Source of the DNA: Eledone cirrhosa
Lineage: Eukaryota
Reading direction: 5' to 3'
DNA length: 64,000 bases
Assembly: GCA_964016885.1 (NCBI GenBank)
Contig: OZ024740.1
Coordinates: 132,680,001-132,744,000, forward strand
Below are positions 11,133-21,756 of the stretch, piece by piece (position 1 is the first letter of the stretch; every line of letters begins with the position of its first letter). The translations under genes were made by a program, and so were the position numbers. The notes beneath the pieces are model-generated. The model was not told where the DNA came from. It saw nothing but the letters and a program-made list of their open reading frames with translations, and searched no databases.

Positions 11133-13314
11133 GATTTCTTTATTAACCACAGGGGTTTACATAAAGTAGACATTAAGGACAGTACAGGACAATACATGGC
11201 GATACAAATAGGCCTTTCTGCGTGTAAAAAAGAAACAGAGTATGTAATAATAGAACAATGAAAAAAAATTCCCCAATAGGAGGGGAGACTTCTGAGGAAC
11301 ATTGGTGGAGAAAGCCCATTAAAAAGCCACAGTGAGCCTGACCACCAGGGCAAGTGCCGTCTCCCAGTTTTCCACCTTTAATTTACAGACACATACTCAG
11401 AGTAGGCCCATTCACTCGGGCCATTCTTGCCTCTCTCATCCATCTTTCAACAAAATGCTGGGAAGAGAATACTTCCCTTTCTACCCTGATTTTCCTTTTC
11501 AAATGAAATTTGAAAAAGTTAATCAGGGCGTCACCGAAGCGGTAAGTGCTGGTCTTCAGCCCTTTCAAACGTGTCCACCATACTATCTCTTCCACAAGTC
11601 AGCAATGCTCGGACACTGGACGAGTGCGTGCAGGACTGTTTCGTCGCCCTGCACGCATCTCGGACATGCCCGGCTGACGGCACCTCCATGCCTGTAGAGT
11701 TTATCCCGAACTGGCAAAGATCCCCGGTAGCACTGCCAGGCCAGGGATTTCTGGAAGTTGTCCATAGGCCCCGGCCCGAAAGTTCTTCCAAAGAGATTGG
11801 CTAGTTGATTTTCGTCGACGCCTAGAGTTTCTCCAAGTATGTCGTCGCTCTTCTCCTCCACTAATCCTCTATAGAACGCCAAGGTGGATTTTCCACCGAT
11901 CACATTGCCCGATTGGTCGAGGGCTGTGAGCGCCTGAAGACATTCCAGTCTCCAAGCGCTCCCTCTCGGTCTTCGCTTGACCTAAGACTGCAGCTCCGTC
12001 AAGGAGACGAGCTGGGAAAGACGAGTCTAGCAAACGCAGACTACACCTGATCACCGTCGAGGGAGAGGTGGAGATGACGCAGCCTGAGCGCGTGTCTGCG
12101 CATCATCAGCCACGGCAATCCCAGCCCCCCACGTAGCGGGTGTTGACAACAGATGGACCGCCTGACCATCGGAGCGCGTCCCTTCCACAAAAAGCGAAAG
12201 AGCAAACGCTCCAGCGCATTCAGGCGGGGCTTAGGACAAGGTACGACGGTCAGGCGGTAGTAGATGACGGACGCGATATACGCGTTAGCCACCTCTGCTC
12301 GACCTTTCAGGGATAGCTTCCTGTCGGCCCATTTCTGGGTGAGAGAAGCCACCCTGCTCGTCACCTCGTCCCAGTTGTTGTCCGTCTGGAGATCCGGACC
12401 GAACCAGACCCCGAGCAATTTAACTGGTCCGTCCGTCCAGCGCCCGACGACGCTGTTGGACGGCATGGACCTGCCTCTCCATGTGTTTGGCGTTCGACAC
12501 CACTACGGTGACATCGTCCGCATATGCTGACACGGATCTTCCGCCTCCTAGTTCGCGCGGGACCCCCTCAACGTCTCCAGTTTGGGCAGTAATGGCTCGA
12601 GAGTCAATACGTACAAGAGGGACGAGAGATGACATCCTTCGCGGACCGAGCGCATTGTGTTGAACGGTTCCGAAAGGGGACCGTTCACTCTCACCACAGA
12701 GCAGATGTCGTTGTGCATGGCAGCGGTCCAGCCTCTGAAAACGGGCTCAAAGCCAGCCGCCCTCAGGACTGCCGCTAGGTAACGATGGTCGACCCTATCG
12801 AAAGCTTTCGACTGATCTAAATTGGAATAGTTCATTTTTGTTGAATTCATTTCGATATCATGAGTTAATTTTTTTTTTCTTTTGTTTCTGTTGTCGCTGT
12901 GATGGTGTTGGTGGTGATGGGGGCGGCTTTAACATCTGCAGTCATTGGTAATGGCGGGAAATGAACGTCTTCCTGAGACAAATTTAAAATATTGCTACTG
13001 CTTACAATTCCAGTGTTGGCAAACGTAGCAATGTTTACAATGGTGGTGTCGGTGTGAGGTGTTGGATTGTGAGGAATGAGTGAATCTGAGTCATCCATTA
13101 TTTTTCAAAGAAAAAAATGTTTCTTTGATAATTATAAAAAGTTTAAATTTTGGGCTCAAGGCCCCAATATTTTTGAGTGTCCTTTTCAGAAACCAATGTA
13201 TGTGCACTTATATATAGTTAACAAAAATAATTTCCATAAATGGCAATTTTAAATAACTGAAAATAACAAACCTTTGCGGAGCTCACGATGATACGATTTA
13301 CTACGTAGGTCGCC
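11133..13314 (-). mobile_element. Internally deleted Tx1 copy retaining both termini
   Basis: 3' UTR and RT C-terminal half resemble the first copy. The sequence jumps at ~12822 from DQSKAFDRV to the ORF1 N-terminus and ends with the same 5' terminus (CTACGTAGGTCGCC on +). Flanked by (AAT)n. Confidence 0.88.
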
Positions 13315-13339
13315 AATAATAATAATAATAATAATAATG

Positions 13340-13812
13340 ATGATAGACTTTATATAATACTGAAGGACTTTAAAAAAGAGGCTATGCCTGCTAATTAATA
13401 ATGTCCGTTCCAATAGAGAAGAATGTATCTATAAAAACATTTGAAAAATTGAGCAAGTATTAGGACCTGGAGATAGAAATTGGAAAAATGTGGAAACTGA
13501 GAACTAAAACAATACCAGTGGTTGTACGCGCTCTAGGAATGATACCTAAGGGGTCTAATGATTACTTATCGCAAATTCCAGGAAACGCGCATATAGGAGA
13601 AATACAAAAGATAGTTCTAATGGGAACTGCCCATATACTAAGGAAGATTCTGTCAATATCAGTACATCACATGTCTAAACACCTAAAGATGCGTGTGTGT
13701 GTGTATGTATGTTCTTTCTTGAACATGGCGGACCTTGTTATCTCTTGAGGTCACTGGTTGTGACGTGGTGATAACTCGTATGAACATAAAGCAAGATAAA
13801 TGCAACTATAAT
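13340..13812 (+). mobile_element. 5'-truncated R4/Dong-type element, family B (RLE tail + 3' UTR)
   Basis: MWKLRTKTIPVVVRALGMIPK..IQKIVLMGTAHILRKIL is homologous to the C-terminus of the 15663 ORF. Closely related to 62893-63950. (AAT)n flanks. Confidence 0.85.
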
Positions 13813-13845
13813 AACAATAATAATAATAATAATATTAATAATAAT

Positions 13846-14028
13846 AATTGTTTCTACTTTAGGCACAAGGCCAGCAATTACACAGTACATCACTGGTACT
13901 TTATTTTATCAACCCCGTAAGGATGAAAGGCAAAGTTAACCTCGGCGGGATTTGAACTCAGACTGTAAAGGGACGTAACTATGCTAGAAAGCATGGCGTC
14001 CAACCCACTACCAATACTGCCTATTCAC
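13846..14028 (-). mobile_element. tRNA-derived SINE, near full length
   Basis: A-box-like TAGGCAGTATTGG, B-box GAGTTCAAATCC, (ATT)n tail. Confidence 0.85.
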
Positions 14029-14040
14029 AATAATAATAAT

Positions 14041-14537
14041 GATTTCTTTATTGGCCACAAGGGCTAACATCTAGAAAAAAATTACAGACGGCACAGGACA
14101 GTATAGGACGGTATGATGTGGGTTTTGTGCGTGTAAAGATGTTTATTATTTATTTACGAAAAGAAAAAATATACATGGAAACATATATATAAACAATAAA
14201 AATGAAAATTGAAACAATGAAAAATTCCCCAATAGGGGGCAAACCGAGAGTTACTCGTGGCGAAAACCACACAAAAGACTACGGCCACCCTGACCACCAG
14301 AGCAAGCGCCCTCTCTCAATGTTTCCATTCCTCAAATTACAGGCGTATATTCAGAGCGGTCCCGTTCACTCGGACCATTCTCGCTACCATCACCCACCTT
14401 TCAACAAACTTGCTAGAAGGCAGCACTTGCCGCTCCACCCTGATTTTCCTCTTCAAGTGAAACTTGAAAAAGTTAATTAGGGATTCGCCGAAAAGGAAAG
14501 TATCTGTCTTTATCCCTTTCAACCTTGTCCACCACAC
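14041..14537 (-). mobile_element. 5'-truncated Tx1 3' end (related subfamily)
   Basis: VWWTRLKGIKTDTFLFGESLINFFKFHLKRKIRVER matches the ORF2 tail of the other copies. (AAT)n on both sides. Confidence 0.85.
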
Positions 14538-14592
<55 letters not shown>

Positions 14593-14593
<1 letters not shown>

Positions 14594-15460
14594 GGGAAGA
14601 AGAATAAGGGAAGAAGACGCACGAGGTGACGGAGGTCATGAAATCGCTCCCGTAAGTTTTGAATTTTTAACATATTTAAATCATTTGTGAAATAACAACT
14701 CTTAGTACAAATGCTACGTAAAGCACCCGGCTTGAGCCCCAAAAAAATTCGGACCCAAAATATATTGTTATAAGGCTCAAATATTCAAATATTCAACTTT
14801 GTATTGTACACTGTATATCCAAAAAAAAATGGCTATAAATGGAAGAAGAAGAACCCCCCCCCCTCCTCTCCTCTGGCTACACTATATAGGACAGCTAAAC
14901 TCACCAACACCAGAAACTAGATACACCACCCACCCCATCATCTGTGTACACTAAACACAACAGCATTTTCACCTTCACCGCCACCGCTCACTACGGCCAT
15001 CATTACCACCACTATCCCATCACCGCCGCCACCACCCCTTGACTCCTTCACTGCTGCTGCCACCGCTACAGCACCATCACTACAGTAATACGGTCGCATC
15101 ACCGCCACCACTGCCTCGGTATCGACATCACCACCACCACTGTCTCAGTATCGCCAACGCCGCCAGTCACTGCTGGCTGCCACTTCCACATTATAGAATT
15201 CCTACTACTAACAAAGAGGAAGGCATCAAAATATATAGATAGACTCAAAAGAAAAAAGAAAAAACAAACAACAAAAGAAGCACAGCAACAACAGCAAAAA
15301 ACGAGAAAAACAGAGAAAAACAAAAACAAAAAAAGAAACCCCAAAAACGTAAAGAAAATAAGAATGAAGAGAGAAGCAGGCGGACGGACAGAGAAGAGGG
15401 GGGAAAAAGTAAAACTTAAAAAACAAAAACTAAGTCAGACATTCGAATACTACATTACAA
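14593..15460 (+). mobile_element. Probable 5' UTR/ORF1 start of another Tx1-like element
   Basis: TTGAGCCC motif and A-run before ATG as in the minus-strand Tx1 5' UTRs, then Thr/Pro-rich and Lys/Glu-rich low-complexity sequence. Confidence 0.4.
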
Positions 15461-15484
15461 TGAAACTTATGCTTATTCATTTTT

Positions 15485-18400
15485 GGGGCCCTTTCTGCCC
15501 GTGTGTTTGTTTGTTTATGTGTGTCCGTATACAGCGTGGTGATAATGCCACACAAGGGCCAAGTGGGATGGCGGATCCACAGATGGCTATGTAAACATAC
15601 ATTCGCCAATCCTCGATAAGAGTGTTTAAATATCGAACATAAACAGTTCGAATAACGGTGAAATGGAGACTAGAACGTCATGTGACAGACTCTCACCCAA
15701 CAGGTGCCCCCTGGCTCAGCAGCAGGAACCTGACTGTCAACCAAATACTGCTGATGTTGGAGGAAGAAGAAGAAGGAAAGGGGCCAGAACCAACTGGACG
15801 AAAGAATTGAATAGAACTGTTATGCAATGCTACCTGAAAAGTAACCCCAAGGAGAGGGGCTACAGGAGACGGATGCATAACATCTGGAACGAGATTGGTC
15901 TATTTAAATTAGATGAACAAAAATTGGCCGGGCAGGCTCGGGTAATAAGAACTAATGGGTGGATAAGCGAGCTGGAACTGGAGGAACTGAGCAGAGAGAA
16001 TGGCTTGGAGATGGCGGGTGTAGTATGCCAGACAAGCGAGCCGGCGGGAAATGAAGGTGAGGAGGTCCTGAGAACGGAGGAACCACCCGAAGCAGACAAT
16101 GATCTGAATACTGAGATAAATAATACCTGGAACAGAGATACGGCCACTGAGGAGATGAATGCTGACGGGCTAGGACAAGATTCGGTTGACATCCTAAATT
16201 TAGTGGTAGATGAGTTGAACAATGATAGTGGGAGACCTATGAACCTAAGATTTGTAGACAGGAAAAAGTTAAAAGAAACAACAGCTAAGGTAAACAAAGT
16301 CATCCCATACCTTGAGGCGAGGAGTCTTCACCAGTGCAACAATATCCTCAAAGCAACAGCAAATACGGTGAGGAAACTACTTGGTATAAAAGCGAGAGGA
16401 AACAACAGACAAGAAAGAGCAGAGCCGTGGTGGAAGAAGCGACTGAGTGGGCAAATCGGGGAAATGAGAAATGACATAGGAAAGCTTGAGTCACTACTGA
16501 ATGGGACACTAAAAAACATAGGCACTAAAAATAGACTGGAAATAAAATACAAAACTAGGAGTAAAAAGCTAAATATTATCATAGAGGAATTGAAGCAACG
16601 CATTGTAGCAAAGAGTGCCAAAATCAGGCGGTACGAGAACAGAGTCAGTCAGTATAAACAGAACCGCATGTTCGACAACAACCAGAAGATGCTGTTTGGA
16701 CAGCTTGAGGGGAAAGAAAGAGGCAACGACTTGATCCCTGGGGCGGAACAAGCTAAAACATTCTGGAGAGGAATATGGGAGCAGGATGTTAGACACAATG
16801 CCCAGGCAGGGTGGATTGAGACAGTACAGAGGGCGATCGCTGAGCAGGCACAGCAACAGACTGATTTGAGTATCACAGTTGAAACTCTTAAGGGGCAAGC
16901 CAAAAAACTAACCAACTGGAAATCACCAGGCCCAGATGGTGTGCAGGGGTATTGGATTAAACATTTAACATCCCTCCACCCGAAGCTGACGGCCATGTTC
17001 AATGACTGCTTGGTGTCGGGTGAGGTGCCAGAGTGGTTGACAAAAGGTACCACAGTTCTGATAATGAAAGACCGAATCAAGGGTAATGATGTTACCAACT
17101 ATAGACCTATCACATGTCTGCCCGTAATGTGGAAACTGTTGACGAGCATTGTGTCTGAGGAAATCTACCATCACCTCCACACAAACAACTTGTTGCCGGA
17201 CGAACAGAAAGGATGCCGAAAGAAGTCACGTGGTACAAAGGACCAGTTGCTTATTGATAAGATGGTAATGGGGAATTGCAGGAGGAGACACACTGATCTT
17301 GCCATGGGATGGAAAGACTACAGAAAGGCATTTGACATGGTGCCTCATTCCTGGATCACCAAAAGCATGGAGATCTTCAGGGTGGCAGATAACATCAGAC
17401 AGTTGCTGGGCAGGAGTATGGGGTCCTGGGAGACAGAGTTGACATCAACTGGAGTATCCTTGGGAAGCGTGAAGATCAAGAGAGGTATCTTCCAGGGAGA
17501 TAGCCTGTCCCCTCTGTTGTTTGTCCTTGCCCTGATGCCCTTGACCATTATGCTGCGAAAAGTGAGAGCAGGATACAAGTTGGGAAGGGGAGAGCTTACC
17601 ATCAATCACCTCCTCTTCATGGACGATCTTAAGCTCTTCGGGAAAAGTGAGAAGGAGTTGGATGTGCTTGTTGACACTGTCCGTATTTTCAGCAGTGATA
17701 TATGTATGCAGTTTGGTATTGGTAAATGTGGAGTCATTGTGATGAGGAGGGTTAGGTTGAGCAGAAGTAACGGGATCCAGATACCAACAGGTGAGATGAT
17801 AAAGGAAATTGACTCTGAGGAAGGATACAAGTATTTGGGCGTTCTGGAGGCTGATGGCACAAAGAACAAAAAAATGAAGGAATTGTTAAGAACTGAATAC
17901 ATTCGGAGAGTAAGGAGCGTATTGAAGTCACATCTGAACAGCAGAAATGCCATAAGCGCAGTAAATTCCCGAGCTGTGTCTATTATTAGGTACAGTGCGG
18001 GAATTCTGAGATGGAATGTTGCTGAACAAAAAGAAATGGATAGGAAGACTAGGAAGCTATTGACTATCTACAACATGTTCCACAAGAGGAGTGATGTCGA
18101 TAGACTCTACCTAAGGAGATCTGAGGGCGGAAGAGGTCTTATCAGCATAGAGGACTGTGTTCAGATGGAGAAAAACAACCTATACAAATACGTGACCTAT
18201 AGTAAGGAGCCAATGCTCAGAGCTGTACTGAAGGAGGGGACAGTAGGCCAGGGGATATCCAAGGAGGAAATAACATCAAGGAGGAAGAGCAGCCTTAAGG
18301 GAAAATCCCTTCATAGTACCTTCTTTGAGAAAACTGAATTTAGAGATCCACAGACATGGAACTGGTTGAGAAGAGGAGACCTCAAAAAGGCTACAGAAGG

Positions 18401-19135
18401 AATGCTAATGGCTGCGCAGGAGCAGGCCCTCAAAACGAAGTGGTTGAAGCACCATATCTACAAGGAGGAGGCTAGCCCACTGTGCAGGATCTGTGGAGAG
18501 AGAGAGGAGACTGTGGCTCACATTGTGTCCGAGTGTAAACACCTAGCCCAGACCCACTATAAGGGCTGGAGACACGATGTGATGGGCAGGGTGATCCACT
18601 GGCACCTGTGCAAAGTAAACAATCTACCACATTCTGAGAAATGGTATGAGCATAGGCCAGAGGCGGTGATGGAGAACAGTCAGGTGAAGGTGCTGTGGGA
18701 TTTTAGGATACAGACGGACAAAAAACTGGAACACAATAGACCTGACCTGGTGGTTGTGGACAAAGAAAAAAGATCGTGCCTGATTGTGGATGTGGCCTGC
18801 CCGTTCGACACGAGAGTGCAAGAGAAGGAGAGGGAGAAAATTAACCGATACCAGGACCTAAAGTGGGAGATGAAAAGGATTTGGAACTGCCATGAAGTCA
18901 AAGTGATCCCGATTGTCATAGGCGCACTGGGGACTATCTCCAAAGGTTTCCAGGGATGGTTAAAGAAAATCGGCCCCTTCACGCTTTTTGGAACGCTTCA
19001 AAAGGCATGCTTGCTTGGAACGGCAAGAACCCTCCGATACGTCCTGAATATCTGAGGCTGCAGGTAGTGGCTTGATATTCAATCCAACGGACTTTCCAGT
19101 TAACCAACATCAATGACTGAGATTCAAGGAATAAC
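15485..19135 (+). mobile_element. R4/Dong-clade RLE non-LTR retrotransposon, apparently full length
   Basis: Short 5' UTR, single long ORF, short 3' UTR running into (TAA)n. Confidence 0.9.
15663..19055 (+). CDS. R4/Dong-type polyprotein: N-terminal DNA-binding region, RT, CCHC finger, restriction-like endonuclease
   Basis: Uninterrupted 1130 aa: KSPGPDG, NYRPITCL, QGDSLSP, HLLFMDDLKL, YKYLG, CRICGEREETVAHIVSEC, RHD, RPDLVVVD..IVDVACPFD..EKINRY. Confidence 0.95.
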   Translation: METRTSCDRLSPNRCPLAQQQEPDCQPNTADVGGRRRRKGARTNWTKELNRTVMQCYLKSNPKERGYRRRMHNIWNEIGLFKLDEQKLAGQARVIRTNGWISELELEELSRENGLEMAGVVCQTSEPAGNEGEEVLRTEEPPEADNDLNTEINNTWNRDTATEEMNADGLGQDSVDILNLVVDELNNDSGRPMNLRFVDRKKLKETTAKVNKVIPYLEARSLHQCNNILKATANTVRKLLGIKARGNNRQERAEPWWKKRLSGQIGEMRNDIGKLESLLNGTLKNIGTKNRLEIKYKTRSKKLNIIIEELKQRIVAKSAKIRRYENRVSQYKQNRMFDNNQKMLFGQLEGKERGNDLIPGAEQAKTFWRGIWEQDVRHNAQAGWIETVQRAIAEQAQQQTDLSITVETLKGQAKKLTNWKSPGPDGVQGYWIKHLTSLHPKLTAMFNDCLVSGEVPEWLTKGTTVLIMKDRIKGNDVTNYRPITCLPVMWKLLTSIVSEEIYHHLHTNNLLPDEQKGCRKKSRGTKDQLLIDKMVMGNCRRRHTDLAMGWKDYRKAFDMVPHSWITKSMEIFRVADNIRQLLGRSMGSWETELTSTGVSLGSVKIKRGIFQGDSLSPLLFVLALMPLTIMLRKVRAGYKLGRGELTINHLLFMDDLKLFGKSEKELDVLVDTVRIFSSDICMQFGIGKCGVIVMRRVRLSRSNGIQIPTGEMIKEIDSEEGYKYLGVLEADGTKNKKMKELLRTEYIRRVRSVLKSHLNSRNAISAVNSRAVSIIRYSAGILRWNVAEQKEMDRKTRKLLTIYNMFHKRSDVDRLYLRRSEGGRGLISIEDCVQMEKNNLYKYVTYSKEPMLRAVLKEGTVGQGISKEEITSRRKSSLKGKSLHSTFFEKTEFRDPQTWNWLRRGDLKKATEGMLMAAQEQALKTKWLKHHIYKEEASPLCRICGEREETVAHIVSECKHLAQTHYKGWRHDVMGRVIHWHLCKVNNLPHSEKWYEHRPEAVMENSQVKVLWDFRIQTDKKLEHNRPDLVVVDKEKRSCLIVDVACPFDTRVQEKEREKINRYQDLKWEMKRIWNCHEVKVIPIVIGALGTISKGFQGWLKKIGPFTLFGTLQKACLLGTARTLRYVLNI

Positions 19136-19145
19136 AATAATAATG

Positions 19146-19173
<28 letters not shown>

Positions 19174-19177
<4 letters not shown>

Positions 19178-19358
19178 TGTTTCTACTTTTTTCACAAAGC
19201 CAGCAATCATCACAGTTTATTACTGGTACATTATTTTATCGACTTCGTAATGAAAGGTAAAGTTAATCAGGGCGGGATGTGAACTCAGATCGTAAAGGGC
19301 CGTAACTCTATGATACATAGCATGGCGCCCCACCCTCTACCGATACTGCCATACCACA
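19174..19358 (-). mobile_element. tRNA-derived SINE
   Basis: Same family: TGGCAGTATCGG A-box-like motif, GAGTTCACATCCC B-box, (ATT)n tail. Confidence 0.82.
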
Positions 19359-19362
19359 ATTA

Positions 19363-19566
19363 TAAGAAAAGGACGATTTGTTATGTCTTCATTACGTTTA
19401 TTGAGTAGTGACTCGCATTTCGGTATCGATCAGCAGAGATCCGACGAGCTTTTGATTCCAGAGTCGGGCTAGATAGACACAGATCGAACCATGAGATGAG
19501 GAATAGCGAAACATGAGTCATTACTCAATAAACTTAATGAAGACATAACAAATCGTCATTTTATTA
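19363..19566. repeat. Fold-back inverted repeat (~64-bp arms)
   Basis: GACGATTTGTTATGTCTTCATTACGTTTATTGAGT / ACTCAATAAACTTAATGAAGACATAACAAATCGTC. Confidence 0.9.
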
Positions 19567-19645
19567 TTATATTTACACTACTTATTTCTACACCTGTTTA
19601 CATTTTCTTTCTGTCTCTTCCATTCTCTCTCTATCTCTCTCTTCC

Positions 19646-19755
<110 letters not shown>

Positions 19756-19796
19756 GTACATATATCGAATATATACGTTTATATATATATACATGG

Positions 19797-20140
19797 AAAA
19801 AATGAAATTTCATTTCTCACTCTTAGTACGGCTGATACTTAAATATAATTATGTATACGTACATACATATATGTATACAGACGTACAGTAGTATGTATAT
19901 GCATACATACATGCACACATACATACATACATGCACACATATACATATGTACGTATGGTTTTACCATTTGTTCAACACTGATAAAGGAACGATGAACTAG
20001 TTTCTAGTTTATTAGCTGTCATCCACACCGTATACCTTACTGTCAGTTGATTGAACGTTTGAAAGTATATTCTTTCCTTATGCATATTAACGGTTAAGCA
20101 GCCTAATTTGCATATCGAGTGAGTTAGTCGATCGGGCGTG
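19797..20140 (-). repeat. Dispersed inverted monomer of the 429-bp hammerhead satellite (decayed)
   Basis: Reverse complement of the array monomer. The core reads GTGTGGATGACAGCTAATAAACTAGAAACTAGTTCATCG. Confidence 0.9.
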
Positions 20141-20266
20141 TTGAATAAAAGTTATGTTAATTACTCTGGTCTTCTTTTAGTGCATTGAGCGCTTGCCGCA
20201 TATCTCGAAAATTGCGTTTCGCTTTGTTTTTGACCACAGCCGAATTACGATCTCACTGAAATTATA

Positions 20267-20363
<97 letters not shown>

Positions 20364-20400
20364 ACTCACACACACACGCACACACATATATATATATATA

Positions 20401-20587
20401 GGTTTGTTGTTCACCACTGGATATAACTGCTTATTCCGTATGGTCAACCTCGATGCGATATTATGGAGAGCACTCAACATAATGCAACTCACCCGTCATC
20501 GTTTATGTAGTTGGTGGTGCGAAGACGGAGTTAATTATTATAAAATAACAGAAGGCTGGACTGGTGTAAATCCTTGAAAGGTTTATC
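20401..20587. repeat. ~190-bp interspersed repeat (second copy 53419-53607), unclassified
   Basis: GGTTTG..GTTCACCACTGGATA ... GTGTAAATCCTTGAAAGGTTTAT in both copies, each starting right after an (AT)n tract. Confidence 0.75.
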
Positions 20588-21330
20588 TGTTAGACACGCA
20601 GTTACTAACAACAGAATGTTTTAAATCTGCGTGTGTGACATATATGCGTAGCCTGTGAATAAAAAATTGAAGGGGTGTCGTTGGCCATGGTGGTGATCGC
20701 TGCCAAACATGTTTTGTAATGTATCGTCTTATTGGCTAATTTCATAGTCTTATTGGCTGATCAAACAGCGAGAGCAATTATTGCTCAAAAGCATCCGCCA
20801 TTTTGTTTGCACGTTTATTTATCGTTTCGCTTTCGAATCTTCCTCCTGTATTTCGTCGTTTATCATCAAAATATTTTTCTCGTTTTAGTAAGTTATATTG
20901 TTAATTCATATATGATTTTTAAAATTTATATTAACTATTTTTTTTTTCAGTTCGTTATAACATGCTTATAATATTAGTTATATAATATTTACTTGTATAT
21001 TTGTCCATATTATTGTTCGTTTGATGTTAGATTATTTTTTTATGTTAGATTATCGTTTTATGTTCAGACTATTTGTATGAAATATTTAATTTTTATTAAT
21101 TCAACTATAACAATTATTATGTAAAATATATTTATTTAATATTGATTATTTTTTGTAGTTCTTTATATTAAAAGTCTGAAAATATTTTGATACATCTTAC
21201 AATAATATTTATTAGATTATTTATAACATAACAATTATATAAACTAATTACAATACTACGATAATTTATTATTAATATATATCATGTTTAACTAGAGTTA
21301 TTACAAGCGTTGCCTTAAAAAATATTAAAC

Positions 21331-21752
21331 TAGACCTGAAAAATGCGCAAGCTCAAAAGAGCCACAAACGTGTGGGACTAGAGTTGTTGCTCAAAAATAT
21401 TGTAATTATTATCTATCGTACGCTCTGTGGCATCCTTTTATAAAAAAAGTGACTCATAACGAACTCAAGACGACACGATAATTATTTAAGTGAATTTATA
21501 ATATAGAATTCGGTTTCAGTCCATTTCCTATTAATCATTACTAAACATATAATATGAGATATTGAACATTAGCTTAAATAATTATCGTGTCGTCTTGAGT
21601 TCGTTATGAGTCTCTTTTTTATAAAAGGATACCACAGAGTGTACGATAGATAATGATTACAATATTTTTGAGCAACAACTCTAGTCCCACACTTTTGAAG
21701 GTTTATTATAACATTAGGTGGCTCTTTTGAGCTTGCGCATTTTTCAGGTCTA
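21331..21752. repeat. Fold-back inverted repeat (~160-180-bp arms)
   Basis: TAGACCTGAAAAATGCGCAAGCTCAAAAGAGCCAC...GACGACACGATAATTATTTAAG mirrored at 21573-21752. Confidence 0.9.
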
Positions 21753-21756
21753 TTTA

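Noticed and set aside
13930-14020. tRNA gene suggested by A/B boxes
   Set aside because: No cloverleaf. It is the head of a multi-copy SINE.
15693-18982. Antisense ORFs over the Dong and Tx1 coding regions
   Set aside because: Shadow ORFs of real reading frames with no motifs of their own.
20161-20270. U5 snRNA-like start (TACTCTGGT..)
   Set aside because: No conserved loop I (GCCUUUUAC) or proper Sm-site context.
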